Of a stretch of 64,000 nucleotides of DNA, positions 1 to 11,946 are shown one piece after another. The notes beneath the pieces are model-generated. The model saw only the letters and a list, made by a program, of their open reading frames with translations, had not been told where the DNA came from and ran no database searches. The stretch is from contig NC_068987.1 of assembly GCF_001194135.2 (NCBI RefSeq), positions 79,476,604-79,540,603 of the forward strand, in the 5' to 3' direction. The position numbers and the translations under genes are program-made. The stretch's first letter is position 1, and every line of letters begins with the position of its first letter. Origin of the DNA: Octopus bimaculoides (taxonomy: Eukaryota).

Positions 1-32
<32 letters not shown>

Positions 33-662
33 CAAATATTCTATCTTGATCCGCCCGTGAATTTGAGAATATCTTGGATTATATTATCCTTTTATAAGGC
101 TTTTTGATTAGATTTGCATGAGATTCGGTAAACTATGTATATATGTTGGAGTGAATATGTAAAGAATTCATTGAAACTGTCGTAGAAATTGAATATATTG
201 CTGTCTACTTGAATCTTGCTGCTCTTTACGGCAAAGTACATCAACGTTAAGAAACACTAACAACAGATAGTGGTGTGTCACTGCTTGCTTTAGTAATTAA
301 ATCTAAAGCTTTATAAACTCAAGCTTTACAGTTATAATAGATTTCTGAATCATAATTTTCAATGTACGAATGTAAGTGGTGGGAGAAAGTATGGAAAACG
401 TTTATAAAACAGGGTGTGTTATGTACATTCCTCATCATGTGGTGATTAGATAATTACAATTAATTTGAGAACGAAAATGTTTGCAAATAAATATGGTGAT
501 ACTGAACTACTTGGTTTAAGTCAACCACGTGGAATAATCTGTCATATAATAGGTGACATATTCAGCGGATTAACATATACATAGTGTGAGACAAAATAGA
601 GGCTTTACTTAAGCACTGAATGCAAACAAGAGAAGAAAATGGCCTGTAGTGAACAATAAGTA

Positions 663-695
<33 letters not shown>

Positions 696-699
<4 letters not shown>

Positions 700-860
700 T
701 CATGTCTGATTTTGTTTTATCATCATTTTCATTGTTATTATTATTATTACTATTATTATTATTATTATTATTATTATTTTTATCATCTTTATTATTATTA
801 TTATTATTAAAAATAAAACTACTGAACAATAATAATAATAATAATAATAAAGATGATAAA

Positions 861-919
<59 letters not shown>

Positions 920-955
920 TGAAAATGATGAAAAAACAAAATCAGACATGAATTT
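696..955. repeat. Long imperfect palindrome, arms 696-808 and 828-955, with a 19-nt spacer
   Basis: aaattcatgtctgattttgttttatcatcattttcattgttatt at the left end is the reverse complement (1 mismatch) of aataacaatgaaaatgatgaaaaaacaaaatcagacatgaattt at the right end. Internal tttttatcatcttt / aaagatgataaaaa also mirror each other. Confidence 0.9.
809..827 (+). mobile_element. Extreme 3' tip of a Dong/R4-like element
   Basis: aaaaataaaactactgaac followed by (aat)n is identical to the 3' end of the element at 14533-14795. Confidence 0.7.
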
Positions 956-1119
956 AGGGAGACTTCTTGATTAATAACGATGAGAATTTTTGGGGCGATT
1001 CTATTTGCTTATTTAACAATGACATTTGAAATACTTTGAAGGCAGATAAATAAACAGACAAGAAATTAAGTATTTGCTATATTAAATTGGATTATACATA
1101 TACATATGCACATGCATAT

Positions 1120-1465
1120 NNNNNNNNNNNNNNNNNNNNNNNNNNNNNNNNNNNNNNNNNNNNNNNNNNNNNNNNNNNNNNNNNNNNNNNNNNNNNNNNN
1201 NNNNNNNNNNNNNNNNNNNNNNNNNNNNNNNNNNNNNNNNNNNNNNNNNNNNNNNNNNNNNNNNNNNNNNNNNNNNNNNNNNNNNNNNNNNNNNNNNNNN
1301 NNNNNNNNNNNNNNNNNNNNNNNNNNNNNNNNNNNNNNNNNNNNNNNNNNNNNNNNNNNNNNNNNNNNNNNNNNNNNNNNNNNNNNNNNNNNNNNNNNNN
1401 NNNNNNNNNNNNNNNNNNNNNNNNNNNNNNNNNNNNNNNNNNNNNNNNNNNNNNNNNNNNNNNNN
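1120..1465. other. Assembly gap, first of 12 (also 2078-2457, 3431-3523, 11151-11687, 19979-20156, 21714-21982, 23569-23911, 27263-27470, 38866-39171, 48807-48992, 52565-52827, 62701-62710)
   Basis: Runs of N, mostly bordered by (TA)n. Confidence 0.99.
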
Positions 1466-1486
1466 TATATATATATATGTATATAT

Positions 1487-1525
<39 letters not shown>

Positions 1526-2833
1526 TGCTATATAATTCTTAATTCTCTCTATCAACAAATATTAGGGGCAGACATGGATTAATATCTTGAAATATTAACT
1601 AATTACGAAATCAAATAATCTAAACCCAGTGATCTCAGCTTGTACTTCACTCATAGAAAACAGATTTATACCCACACATATTCACCAACACAGACAGATG
1701 CGTACCCGTTTAAAGAGTCTGAAATACGCAGTCTAACAGACACAAAAATACAACTTATAATCTGACACATTCACATGGGCATCTGTGTACACATAAACGT
1801 ACGTGCTGTCACACACACACACACACTTACACACACACTCACACACACAGAATGCAATGACAAACCGCTTGCCGTGCTTATCACGTGTGAAGCGCATTTT
1901 GTAATTTCCCTGGAGGAAAATTATGAAAAGAATGTCTTAAATATATCGATTTTTACGCTATTCTGAATAAATTGAAAAACTTCTACATGTTTGTATCAAC
2001 ATATGTACATATGCATGCATATGCATACATACATAAATACACACATATATATATGTATACATATATGTATATATATANNNNNNNNNNNNNNNNNNNNNNN
2101 NNNNNNNNNNNNNNNNNNNNNNNNNNNNNNNNNNNNNNNNNNNNNNNNNNNNNNNNNNNNNNNNNNNNNNNNNNNNNNNNNNNNNNNNNNNNNNNNNNNN
2201 NNNNNNNNNNNNNNNNNNNNNNNNNNNNNNNNNNNNNNNNNNNNNNNNNNNNNNNNNNNNNNNNNNNNNNNNNNNNNNNNNNNNNNNNNNNNNNNNNNNN
2301 NNNNNNNNNNNNNNNNNNNNNNNNNNNNNNNNNNNNNNNNNNNNNNNNNNNNNNNNNNNNNNNNNNNNNNNNNNNNNNNNNNNNNNNNNNNNNNNNNNNN
2401 NNNNNNNNNNNNNNNNNNNNNNNNNNNNNNNNNNNNNNNNNNNNNNNNNNNNNNNNNTATGTATGTACATAGGAATACTACTGTATGCACAAAAATACTT
2501 AAACACATACCTTTCTTGAGAACAGTGAAAAAAAATGTAAATAAACAAAGGAAGACAGAAACCATTCCCAAAAGAGCAGAAAATTTCACTTTAATGTAGC
2601 ATGATGCACGTTAAATAATGTTTATTGTTAGTTTGTTTTGAAAACACTTTTCATACGACCTCGCTTTAACGTTTTACTAATATTGTCTATCATATGAGCC
2701 AATTTATAGCAATATGCCGTTCGTTTCTTTTACTTAGCATTATTGTAATTTTGTCGACTATTGTATTTTCTTCTTCCATTTACACATATACTTTACATAT
2801 ACTTATGTTTCTTTATTTTTATTTCCTTTACAG

Positions 2834-3137
2834 ACAATTACTTAAAGAATTAGTGGATTTATTAAACCAAGACAGATCCCCGTTAGGAAATGCGCGTCCT
2901 CAGTTAATTTTGGAACAAGGAATTCAGCGGCACTTGACACATTTCAGCTTGATCACTCACGGTTTTGGTAGCCCGGCTGTAGCTGCAGCTCTTACAGCTG
3001 TCCAGAACTACCTGAATGAAATGTTAAAATATCTAGACAAAAACTACCCCTCGCAAAATTCCCAGGTCTCATCTGCTAACCAACTGGATTCAACTGGCAA
3101 AGCAAAATCTGAAAAAGATGAAAATCGGAGAGAATGA
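2834..3137 (+). CDS. TFAP2: Terminal coding exon of transcription factor AP-2 (C-terminal helix-span-helix region); upstream exons not found in window
   Basis: Translation (R)[65 protein letters not shown] matches the AP-2 motifs [19 protein letters not shown] and QNYL. A pyrimidine tract plus ttacAG acceptor ends at 2833 (phase 2). Stop TGA at 3135-3137. The ORF-track N-terminus (2694-2833) is intronic read-through. Confidence 0.95.
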
Positions 3138-5600
3138 GATTTATTTTGAATGTTTTTTTTATATACATACATGTATACATTTCTATACATATACATATTT
3201 GCATGCCGGTGTTTTGATATGCATGCATTTATACACATATTTCTACATGAAAATATGTGAATATATATATACACATACATATAACTTTCATATATATATA
3301 TTATATACATCCATATAAATGTATCATATATGTATATACTTGTTTAAATGTGTGTATATGTATATATATATAATTATATTTATATACTTAGATTTGTGTG
3401 CATGTATGTATATATATAAATATATATATANNNNNNNNNNNNNNNNNNNNNNNNNNNNNNNNNNNNNNNNNNNNNNNNNNNNNNNNNNNNNNNNNNNNNN
3501 NNNNNNNNNNNNNNNNNNNNNNNATATACACATGTATACATATGCATATATTTATGTAGGCAAATGAAAAACTGTCAAAACACACATATTTTTATACCTG
3601 CACATTCGGCTGTGCATGTGTATATTTATATGTGAGTGTATGCATGTATTTATGTATGTATGTACTTATGTATATATGCACACCAGAGTTCTAAAAACTC
3701 AAAGGGAACATCAAATGGTTAAATCAGAAATCATATCTCATAGGAAAGAAAGGATGAAGAAGGCAGAAAAAGCGGTGACAAATATGGAAAAAAAAAGGAA
3801 AACAATTTGACAATCAAAACCACGAAACAATACACAATACTTTCATACAAAGTGAGGAATTTTTTAATTATTTTTTGTTAAAACAAAACAGTGTCCAGTT
3901 TAAGGATAGCATTTTCATTCATTTCTACAAACAGGAAATGATTCACTCTTTAAGCTGATTGCCAAATCGGAAGGTGTCACTAATAAATAATAGAAATTGG
4001 ACAGTTTAACGCATGCGTGTGTAGTCTCGCCACCACGGGTCACTACTCATCCATAAGGAAAGAGAAAAAAACTGTTCGTCCTGGGTAAACTGAATTTGTT
4101 GGGACTTGTTCCAAGATAGAACAGAAATTTCCAGATAGTCACGATAAACAATTGTTCGATGCTAATTAATTCTTTACTATCAAAGAAACCAAAATAATAT
4201 TTAAAAACAAGCAACTGAAAACTTAATAATACTGAGAATTAAAAAAAATCCGAATATCAACATAAAATGTAAACACAAAACAAGGAACAAATCTTTGTGT
4301 CCCTACAAGAACAAAACAAAAAAATTACAAGAATATCTTGCCAAATCTTACGTGGTTTACCTTCGGTCTTGCTTCCGTGTGTATGACTGTTAAAAACGCT
4401 CTGTAAACTGAAAAAAAACGCTTTAAAAAACTTGTGCATTGTCAAACTAAGCATAATAATATTGAAAAAAAGAGAAAAAAATTTATATCTTATGTCATAA
4501 CAAAACACTCTCACGTACACAAACATATAAATACATTTAAATAAACATAAAAATACAACTGTATATTTGTCATGAATGAATCTATGTCATGAATGAAACG
4601 CATGTGAGGATGTATCCTACCCCCTTCCACTAATATTCCATACAATAATAACATAAACAATCCATCTTCTTGAAGACCATAATACACACAAAATAAAAAA
4701 AAAAACAAAAAGAAGACTTATGGACATTTAGAAAATGTTAATATCTATGAACCACAACAAGGACAATTACATGAAAAAAAAAAGAACCTAAGATGAATGA
4801 AACTTTATATAATTACTCAATGTATTCGAGTACATAAGACTGGAAAAAAGTTTGTAACATTTTGAGAAAAAATATTTAAAATTAAATCACACACACAAAT
4901 AATTTCAAACTATTAATTTGTAAAAGACTGGGTGAATGTGACGTCCATTCCTTGATTTGGATTTTTCCTCCCCATCACCACCTTTGAAAAAGAAATTAAT
5001 TAAGAAAATATTTTAGAATGAAAATATATTAATTAATAATAACGATAATTTTAATAATGGTAATGATAATAATAATAATTATATTAACAACAATAATATT
5101 AATGGTGGTGTTGGTAATGATAATATAAATAATAAAACATTTGGTCGAAAAGTGGCATTCCAGTTTGCTATGTACTTGGGGGGGAAATACAAAATAATAA
5201 AAGAGAAAGAAAAACCCTGAAAAGCTCCTGATCTGATTTCACTTGAAAAGATTTCGTTTTCTAGGGAAGTAAACATCCTGGGTATGATCTTTGCTGTTTT
5301 TGTCGTGCAATCTTCTTGCTCAAAATTAAAAAAAAAAAAATGAAAAGATATAATGATAATTGTAATAATAAATTTCTCTGCCGAAAGAAGGAAGTTTTAA
5401 GTTTGAGAATGATGCTGAAAACTGGCATTACTAAAGTTTGTATAATTTCGTTAAGAGATCAACAGCCTAATGTCTTTATCGATATGTATGGCTTCAAAAT
5501 AGTTTCAAGTTTCTTGGTAGTGTGTCATTTTGTATAGACCAATAAGTCAATGGGTCATCCTAGCCAAACTGCATGTGCCATAAAAATGGATATTATATAT
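3138..5600 (+). other. Probable 3'UTR of the AP-2 gene (3' end not determinable)
   Basis: Lies directly after the stop codon. TA/TG microsatellite-rich at first, then AT-rich and free of recognisable transposons. Several AATAAA candidates (e.g. 5131-5136), none distinguishable as the real signal. Confidence 0.4.
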
Positions 5601-7759
5601 TTCTCTTTATGCTACATAATAATATCACCATGGAAATTTATTATTATTATTATAATTATTACTATTATTATCATTAATATTACCACCATGGTCATTACTT
5701 TTTTATAATTATCCACAAATCTATTAATGTCACCATCAATTTACCAAATTCCATTTTTCTTCCGTTTATTGACTTACCTATTTGTATTAAACTTACGTTA
5801 CAATTTCCATTGGAGGCTTACTGTTTGATAAACTGCATAGAAAATGTATCAATGATTTCTGTTAGTAAATGTTTCTTTTTTTTATATATTTGACAAATCT
5901 TTGCAATATAAATATACTACGATCTATTTCTTTGTAAATACACATTACCTCTGAGAGCTAACTTCTAGTTTCGAGCATTCTATTAAGTACGCTAGTTTTG
6001 AAAAGATTGAAAGCCGACTCACTCAATATACGTGAAAAATTGATATTGAAAATATGGTGCGGAGCATAACGTTGCATACAATATGCATTATGAACTGCAC
6101 TATAATTGGAATGTTTACACTCAATGAACACTTCGGCAAAAGTGTACAAAAACTCTGGAATGAATGTAGTTCCGTATAAAATGTCATATTGCAGATTCCT
6201 GCTCTTCTCTTGTGGCAGTATAAATCTTGTGTAATATACGCTATTCATGCAAGTATCTACTCTTATTAACCTTTCAGTTTGCAGGAATTCTAACACATAA
6301 CCCAGATATACTTTTAAAACATGTGCTCTCTACTTGATGCACGTAGCTATTACTATAAAACCACTTTATACGCGACAGCAGTTGCAATGAAAATGCACAT
6401 CCTCTGTTCACGTGTGCAAAAAGTTCAGTATAAATAAATCCACCAATTTTACAAGAAAATATAATTTAAGTTTAATGAAACGCTTTATAGGAGCAATCTT
6501 CTAGTGATCTATGATATCAAATAAAATATATTTTAAATTTAGAGGAAAGTGTTTTAATTTCATTTCACTAAATTATTATTTTGGTGCTAACTTATGAAGT
6601 AGAAAATTTTCGAACACCAGACTAAGAATTACCAATTATTTACATTTCAATGAATAAGGTTTAAACAACAATTATATGGTTAAAACTATTTTTTCCCAGC
6701 TTTATATATAGCTTACATCATCAGCAACATATATTGTAAGTATTCTGAGATTCGGATTATTTACTTACAAACTGAATCAACAATAATTGCTTCTCCGGGA
6801 GTGTATTACAATCGATCCTTCTATTATTTCAATAGAAAATGATTAAAATAATAATTTTAAAAAAACAACAAGAAACAGACAATATCTGAGTGCATATTTA
6901 AGTATGAAAAAATAGATCATTAAAATTAGTCAGAATACTGTAATTCCTTGAATCAAAATAAACAGTTGATCATAGAATTGAATTATCATCACGTAGATAT
7001 TTACTTCAAATCTACCGATATCGTTTCGTTACCTGTCTAGGCAAGACATATCCTTCTGCGCGCTTAAAGTTCAACTAAAAGTATAAATTCTTTTGAAATT
7101 TTAACAGCAGCTGGTTGACATGCCATTTTGAAAACATTCATCTCATAAATAGATTTTAAGTGCTAGATCTAGTGGCTGTCTGCTGACTATCCGCTCTCTA
7201 AGTAACACGTGTCTATAGGGATGTGGCTGACGTTGACTTAAATATCAACAAGAAAAAATAATAATTCACTCTGCTAGAAGTCAACACTAAAACATATATA
7301 AGATTTTATTACGCGAATTAAAAGGGAGCTTAGATCTTTCATACAAGCAGATACTTTCACTGGATAAGACATTTTAATTCTTGAAATATTAGGTGATATG
7401 TTCAGTTTACCGTTAGTTCGATAATGATTATGAACGTCATAACCAGTTGGCTTGGTGGCTAGTTGACACAGGACCATGGTTAAACAAAGAGCGGTTTACA
7501 CAAATATGTGAATGTGTGTATTATTTCATTCACAAATACATTACATTATTTGATAATTAATGGATATACTTACACATGTATATAGATAATATATAAAAAG
7601 TAAATATGGAGATGGTAGTCTTTTGTAGTCCGAGAAAGACGGGTCTGCGATTTCTTGCAGGACATCTGGCGCAAATGATTTATTTATAGTGGTTGAAAGC
7701 TTGTGCAACACTTAGCCCTCTCCTTCTATCAAATCGAAGTTGGCAGGACACGCGCACGT

Positions 7760-7903
7760 TGTACAACACCTCAAATGTAGAAATGATCGCAGAGCAACGT
7801 GAGAAGAAGCGTCTTATTCAAGAACACGATGCATCACCTGCTCTAGGAATCGAGACCACGGTCTCGTGTGCAGCACCGGAAACACTAGGTCATGTGCCCT
7901 TCC
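7760..7903 (-). mobile_element. tRNA-derived SINE fragment (family D-like head and core)
   Basis: Minus strand shows A-box-like tgacctagtg, B-box-like gtctcgattcc, then gtgttcttgaataagacgcttcttctcacgttgct, similar to the core of the 8065 copy. Confidence 0.6.
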
Positions 7904-8064
7904 CATAAACCATAGGTAAATAATAATGAAATAGTGTACTTTACTTGAACGAACGAGAGACCTTTCTCTGATTGACATTTCATGTCAGAGCGAAATAATT
8001 TAGCATCGTTATGATGCGAGAGCACTGAGTAACGGACTAAAGGGTTGGTAGAGTGTAATGTTGT

Positions 8065-8381
8065 GAAGGCGCATGACTTAGTGGTTAGGGTATTCAGCTC
8101 ATGATCATAAGGTTGTGAGTTCAATTCCCGGCAACGTGTTGTGTCCTTGAGCAAGACACTTTATTTCACTTTGTTCAAGTTCACTCAGCTTGCCAAAATG
8201 AGTAGTACCTGTATTTAAAAGGCCCGCCTTGCCACATTCTTTTACGTTGAATGTCTCTGAAAACTACGTTAAGAGTACATGTGTCTGTGGAGTACTCAGC
8301 CTATTGCACGTTAATTTCACGTGCAGGCTGTTTCATTCATCGGATCAATTGAAAATCTCGTCGTCGTAACAAACAGAGCAA
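8065..8381 (+). mobile_element. tRNA-derived SINE, family D (CORE-like centre, 3' half shared with family C)
   Basis: A box tgacttagtgg, B box gagttcaattcc, core gtgtccttgagcaagacactttatttcac. The 3' half aligns with the copies at 18152, 21436 and 45899. Confidence 0.8.
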
Positions 8382-9302
8382 GGATAGAATACATTAAAGA
8401 AATGATCTGAAAGATTGTATTATGCATCTCTATGGCCACATGAAATCTTAACTAGTGCTAATATATATATATAATTTCTTCTATTAATTGTTCTGTATGT
8501 TCTCTTATTTTTTTAAGTATCAAACTATTTCTGTTTTTATTCGGATTAAGCTAAGAAAACTGTAAGCCTCTGTAGGTTTGGCTTTCTGATTCATTAAACG
8601 CATACACATTCTCAGTTGTAATATCAACAAGAAAAGTCTTACATATTATGATAATTTCAATGAATGGTACATGCATTCTTACAACTGTCATTTTTTCTTC
8701 AAAATATTGAGTTCATGCAAGATGTCTATGGAAAACAAACAGCAAATTTTTTACCCTGTCCTTTCCATCATGACAACATCCGATGTACTTCATAAAAGGC
8801 AGAAAGGAGGTCAAATTCCTTTAAGTCCAAAAATTTCCTGTAAATGTTCAAACTTATTCGTTCAAAGCTGATTGACTATTGCATTGCGTATTTGTCTTCT
8901 TGGTAAGAAGCATTTCCAATGAAATAGAGATTCTTACCATTCTTTCTGTATTTAGACACAACGTATTGTCCAAAACCTTATCAAATTTCATAAATTCAGC
9001 CAGTAAGAATTTATTCAAAATAAAAAAAAATGGTACAATAATCTTTGACTGTATAATTGTTTCCTATCTTGTATATATTTCTGTGTTATTTCCTATAAAA
9101 CACTCGCAGAGTTATCTGCTCCAGTTCATATACTACATTAACAGCAAAAAAAAAACAAAAAAAACGTAAGAAAACATTGAATTCATTACAACGAGTTAAT
9201 TAATAGTTAATTCTTGTTTAAATTATTGTAAAATAACGATAATGACTCACTTGGCTTTTAGTCTTGTAACTACTAATATTAATAGTAGTAGTAATACTAA
9301 TG

Positions 9303-9392
<90 letters not shown>

Positions 9393-9395
<3 letters not shown>

Positions 9396-10819
9396 ATAAT
9401 TGAGCGAAAGAACAGCACACGCCATCAAAATAACACTGAGGTAAAAATTTACGAAGTCAAATGTACTCATCACGATTTCCCATCCGATAAAAGTACACCA
9501 GATACATGCATCACAACTATATGTGCTCGATATAGTGATTACGGAGCAAGATAAACAGCGCATGACTTTGCAAGTGTGGCCCAGTTAGAATTTTCTTCAG
9601 GTCGAGTAGCCCATTTCACTCTAAAGACTCTTGAATAAGAATTGTTTAAGGATGATACACAAAACCACCCATACATCCTGATGTGAATTATGCCAGCCCC
9701 AAATAATCCCTCTCAAGACCTAGCTATGTTGCTTACCCACTACTACTGCTCGTGATCAAAGCTGCACATTTTGTCAACCACTAAGGGACATTATCAAAAA
9801 GTTAAGACAAGCAGATCTGTGGTATTGAACAGAATATTCAGTAGAGTTATTTTTATCACGTGCTTTCACTGCACTACCAAGTGCAGCTATGTGTGGTTTG
9901 CTGTGGTGATTTTATTTTCACTGCATTGAAAGTGTTTTATGTAGGATGTGTGCGGTGCCTAGTAGTGCTAGTTTCTATATGTTATATATTCTTCTAAGTC
10001 CTGGTGTTTTTCTTATGCATTTGTTTGACTGTTTTTTTTTATTACACCTAATGCGCGTACTATATTAGGAATTGTTTCTGTTTTTAGGCTCCACATTCGA
10101 GTTACCTTTATTTCTAGATCATTGCATTTTGATAATTTCTTCGTTTCTTTGAGAGAAACTTTGTCATCTGTTGGAACAGATAGGTCGACCAGAAATCATT
10201 TTTTTTTCTTGGTGATCTCTGACAACTACTTCCGGCCTATTGGCCTTAATTTCTCTATCTGTGTGTATTGGCATATCCCAGAGTATAATTGCTTTCTCAT
10301 TTCTGTGACTTTTTTCTAGCGCGTGCCTATACCATCGTTTTTCTATTGTTATTCCATAGTGTTCTCATACCTTCTAGTGCATATACATCCCAACTCTTTC
10401 ATGTCTCTGAATATATTCCTTCTTAGCCAAGATTGGGCAGGCAGAGACAATATGATTCATCAATTCTTATCCATCCCCACATATTCTGCAGTTACTTGTA
10501 TTTCTATTCATTATGTGCTTTTGGTGATTTCCGGTGTGAAGTCTTTGATCTTCTCCTGCAATTGAAATTCCTTCAGTTTCTGGTTTGAGTCCTGAGCTTC
10601 TCAGCCATTGTTGGGATTTTACTTTGTCTATTTGATTTTTCTTTTCTATTTAGCTTAACCTAATATTTGTCATGTAAAGGCTTTTCTTGGCATCGTTCTA
10701 TCATGATCTGTTCCTATTCTAGTTTTGGATAGGATTTCAGTTGTACAGCTCTTGTCGTTTTTTCTTTTTCTTTATACTTGTTAGGTACTATGACTTCTCT
10801 TTTGTATTTGTCGGTTTCC
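9393..10819 (-). mobile_element. 5'-truncated, decayed R4/Dong-like non-LTR retrotransposon with a long 3'UTR (element B)
   Basis: Minus-strand translation gives KSQQWLRSSGLKPETEG, CRIC...NHIVSACPILAKKEYIQRH (CCHC knuckle) and VDLSVPTDDKVSLKETKKLSKCNDLEIKVTRMWSLKTETIP (REL), with stops and frameshifts. The proximal UTR matches the 14.7 kb copy. Confidence 0.85.
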
Positions 10820-10836
10820 TTATTATTATTATTATT

Positions 10837-11876
10837 TTATGTTTGACATTTGTTTTGCATTTGTACAAGTTGGATCCAAGTCTCACAAAGAGACCTCAAG
10901 AGACAACAAGTTAGAAGTTCATGTAGGTGTTATGCCTAGAGTACCATATATTTGGATTTGTACAGTTTTGTTCTAGTGAATGTTTAAGAAACCATAAGAA
11001 AATTGTGTTTGTTTTAAAATTTGAGATCACATAGACAGTATTTTACGTAGGATATGGGCAGTTCCCATGAGCACTATCTTTTGAACTTCAGCCATTTTGG
11101 GGTTTCCTGGTATCTGAGCTAGGTAGTAATCAGCCCGTTTCGCTGTCATTNNNNNNNNNNNNNNNNNNNNNNNNNNNNNNNNNNNNNNNNNNNNNNNNNN
11201 NNNNNNNNNNNNNNNNNNNNNNNNNNNNNNNNNNNNNNNNNNNNNNNNNNNNNNNNNNNNNNNNNNNNNNNNNNNNNNNNNNNNNNNNNNNNNNNNNNNN
11301 NNNNNNNNNNNNNNNNNNNNNNNNNNNNNNNNNNNNNNNNNNNNNNNNNNNNNNNNNNNNNNNNNNNNNNNNNNNNNNNNNNNNNNNNNNNNNNNNNNNN
11401 NNNNNNNNNNNNNNNNNNNNNNNNNNNNNNNNNNNNNNNNNNNNNNNNNNNNNNNNNNNNNNNNNNNNNNNNNNNNNNNNNNNNNNNNNNNNNNNNNNNN
11501 NNNNNNNNNNNNNNNNNNNNNNNNNNNNNNNNNNNNNNNNNNNNNNNNNNNNNNNNNNNNNNNNNNNNNNNNNNNNNNNNNNNNNNNNNNNNNNNNNNNN
11601 NNNNNNNNNNNNNNNNNNNNNNNNNNNNNNNNNNNNNNNNNNNNNNNNNNNNNNNNNNNNNNNNNNNNNNNNNNNNNNNNNNNNNNCCCAGTGAATATAT
11701 TGTGCAGCTCTATCATGCCTGTTGAGATACTCTGTAGGCGCAAGCAGACTGCACATGGAGATAACATGATCGATGGTCTCATATTGTTGTTGGCATATAC
11801 GACATAATGGGGAGCTGCCGTTCTTTAATATGTTGGCCTGGTAGTTCTTTGTAGGTAGGCATTGATCTTGGGCTGC

Positions 11877-11877
<1 letters not shown>
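10837..11877 (-). mobile_element. 5'-truncated R4/Dong-like element (element A), interrupted by an N-gap
   Basis: IAAQDQCLPTKNYQANILKNGSSPLCRICQQQYETIDHVISMCSLLAPTEYLNRHD and QKIVLMGTAHILRKILSM-stop (11027). Flanked by (TAA)n on its sense strand at both ends (11878-11945 and 10820-10836). Confidence 0.9.

Positions 11878-11945
<68 letters not shown>

Positions 11946-11946
<1 letters not shown>

Noticed and set aside
2694-2833. Hydrophobic N-terminus of ORF 2694-3137, resembling a signal or transmembrane segment
   Set aside because: T-rich intron sequence upstream of the splice acceptor; AP-2 similarity starts only at 2834.
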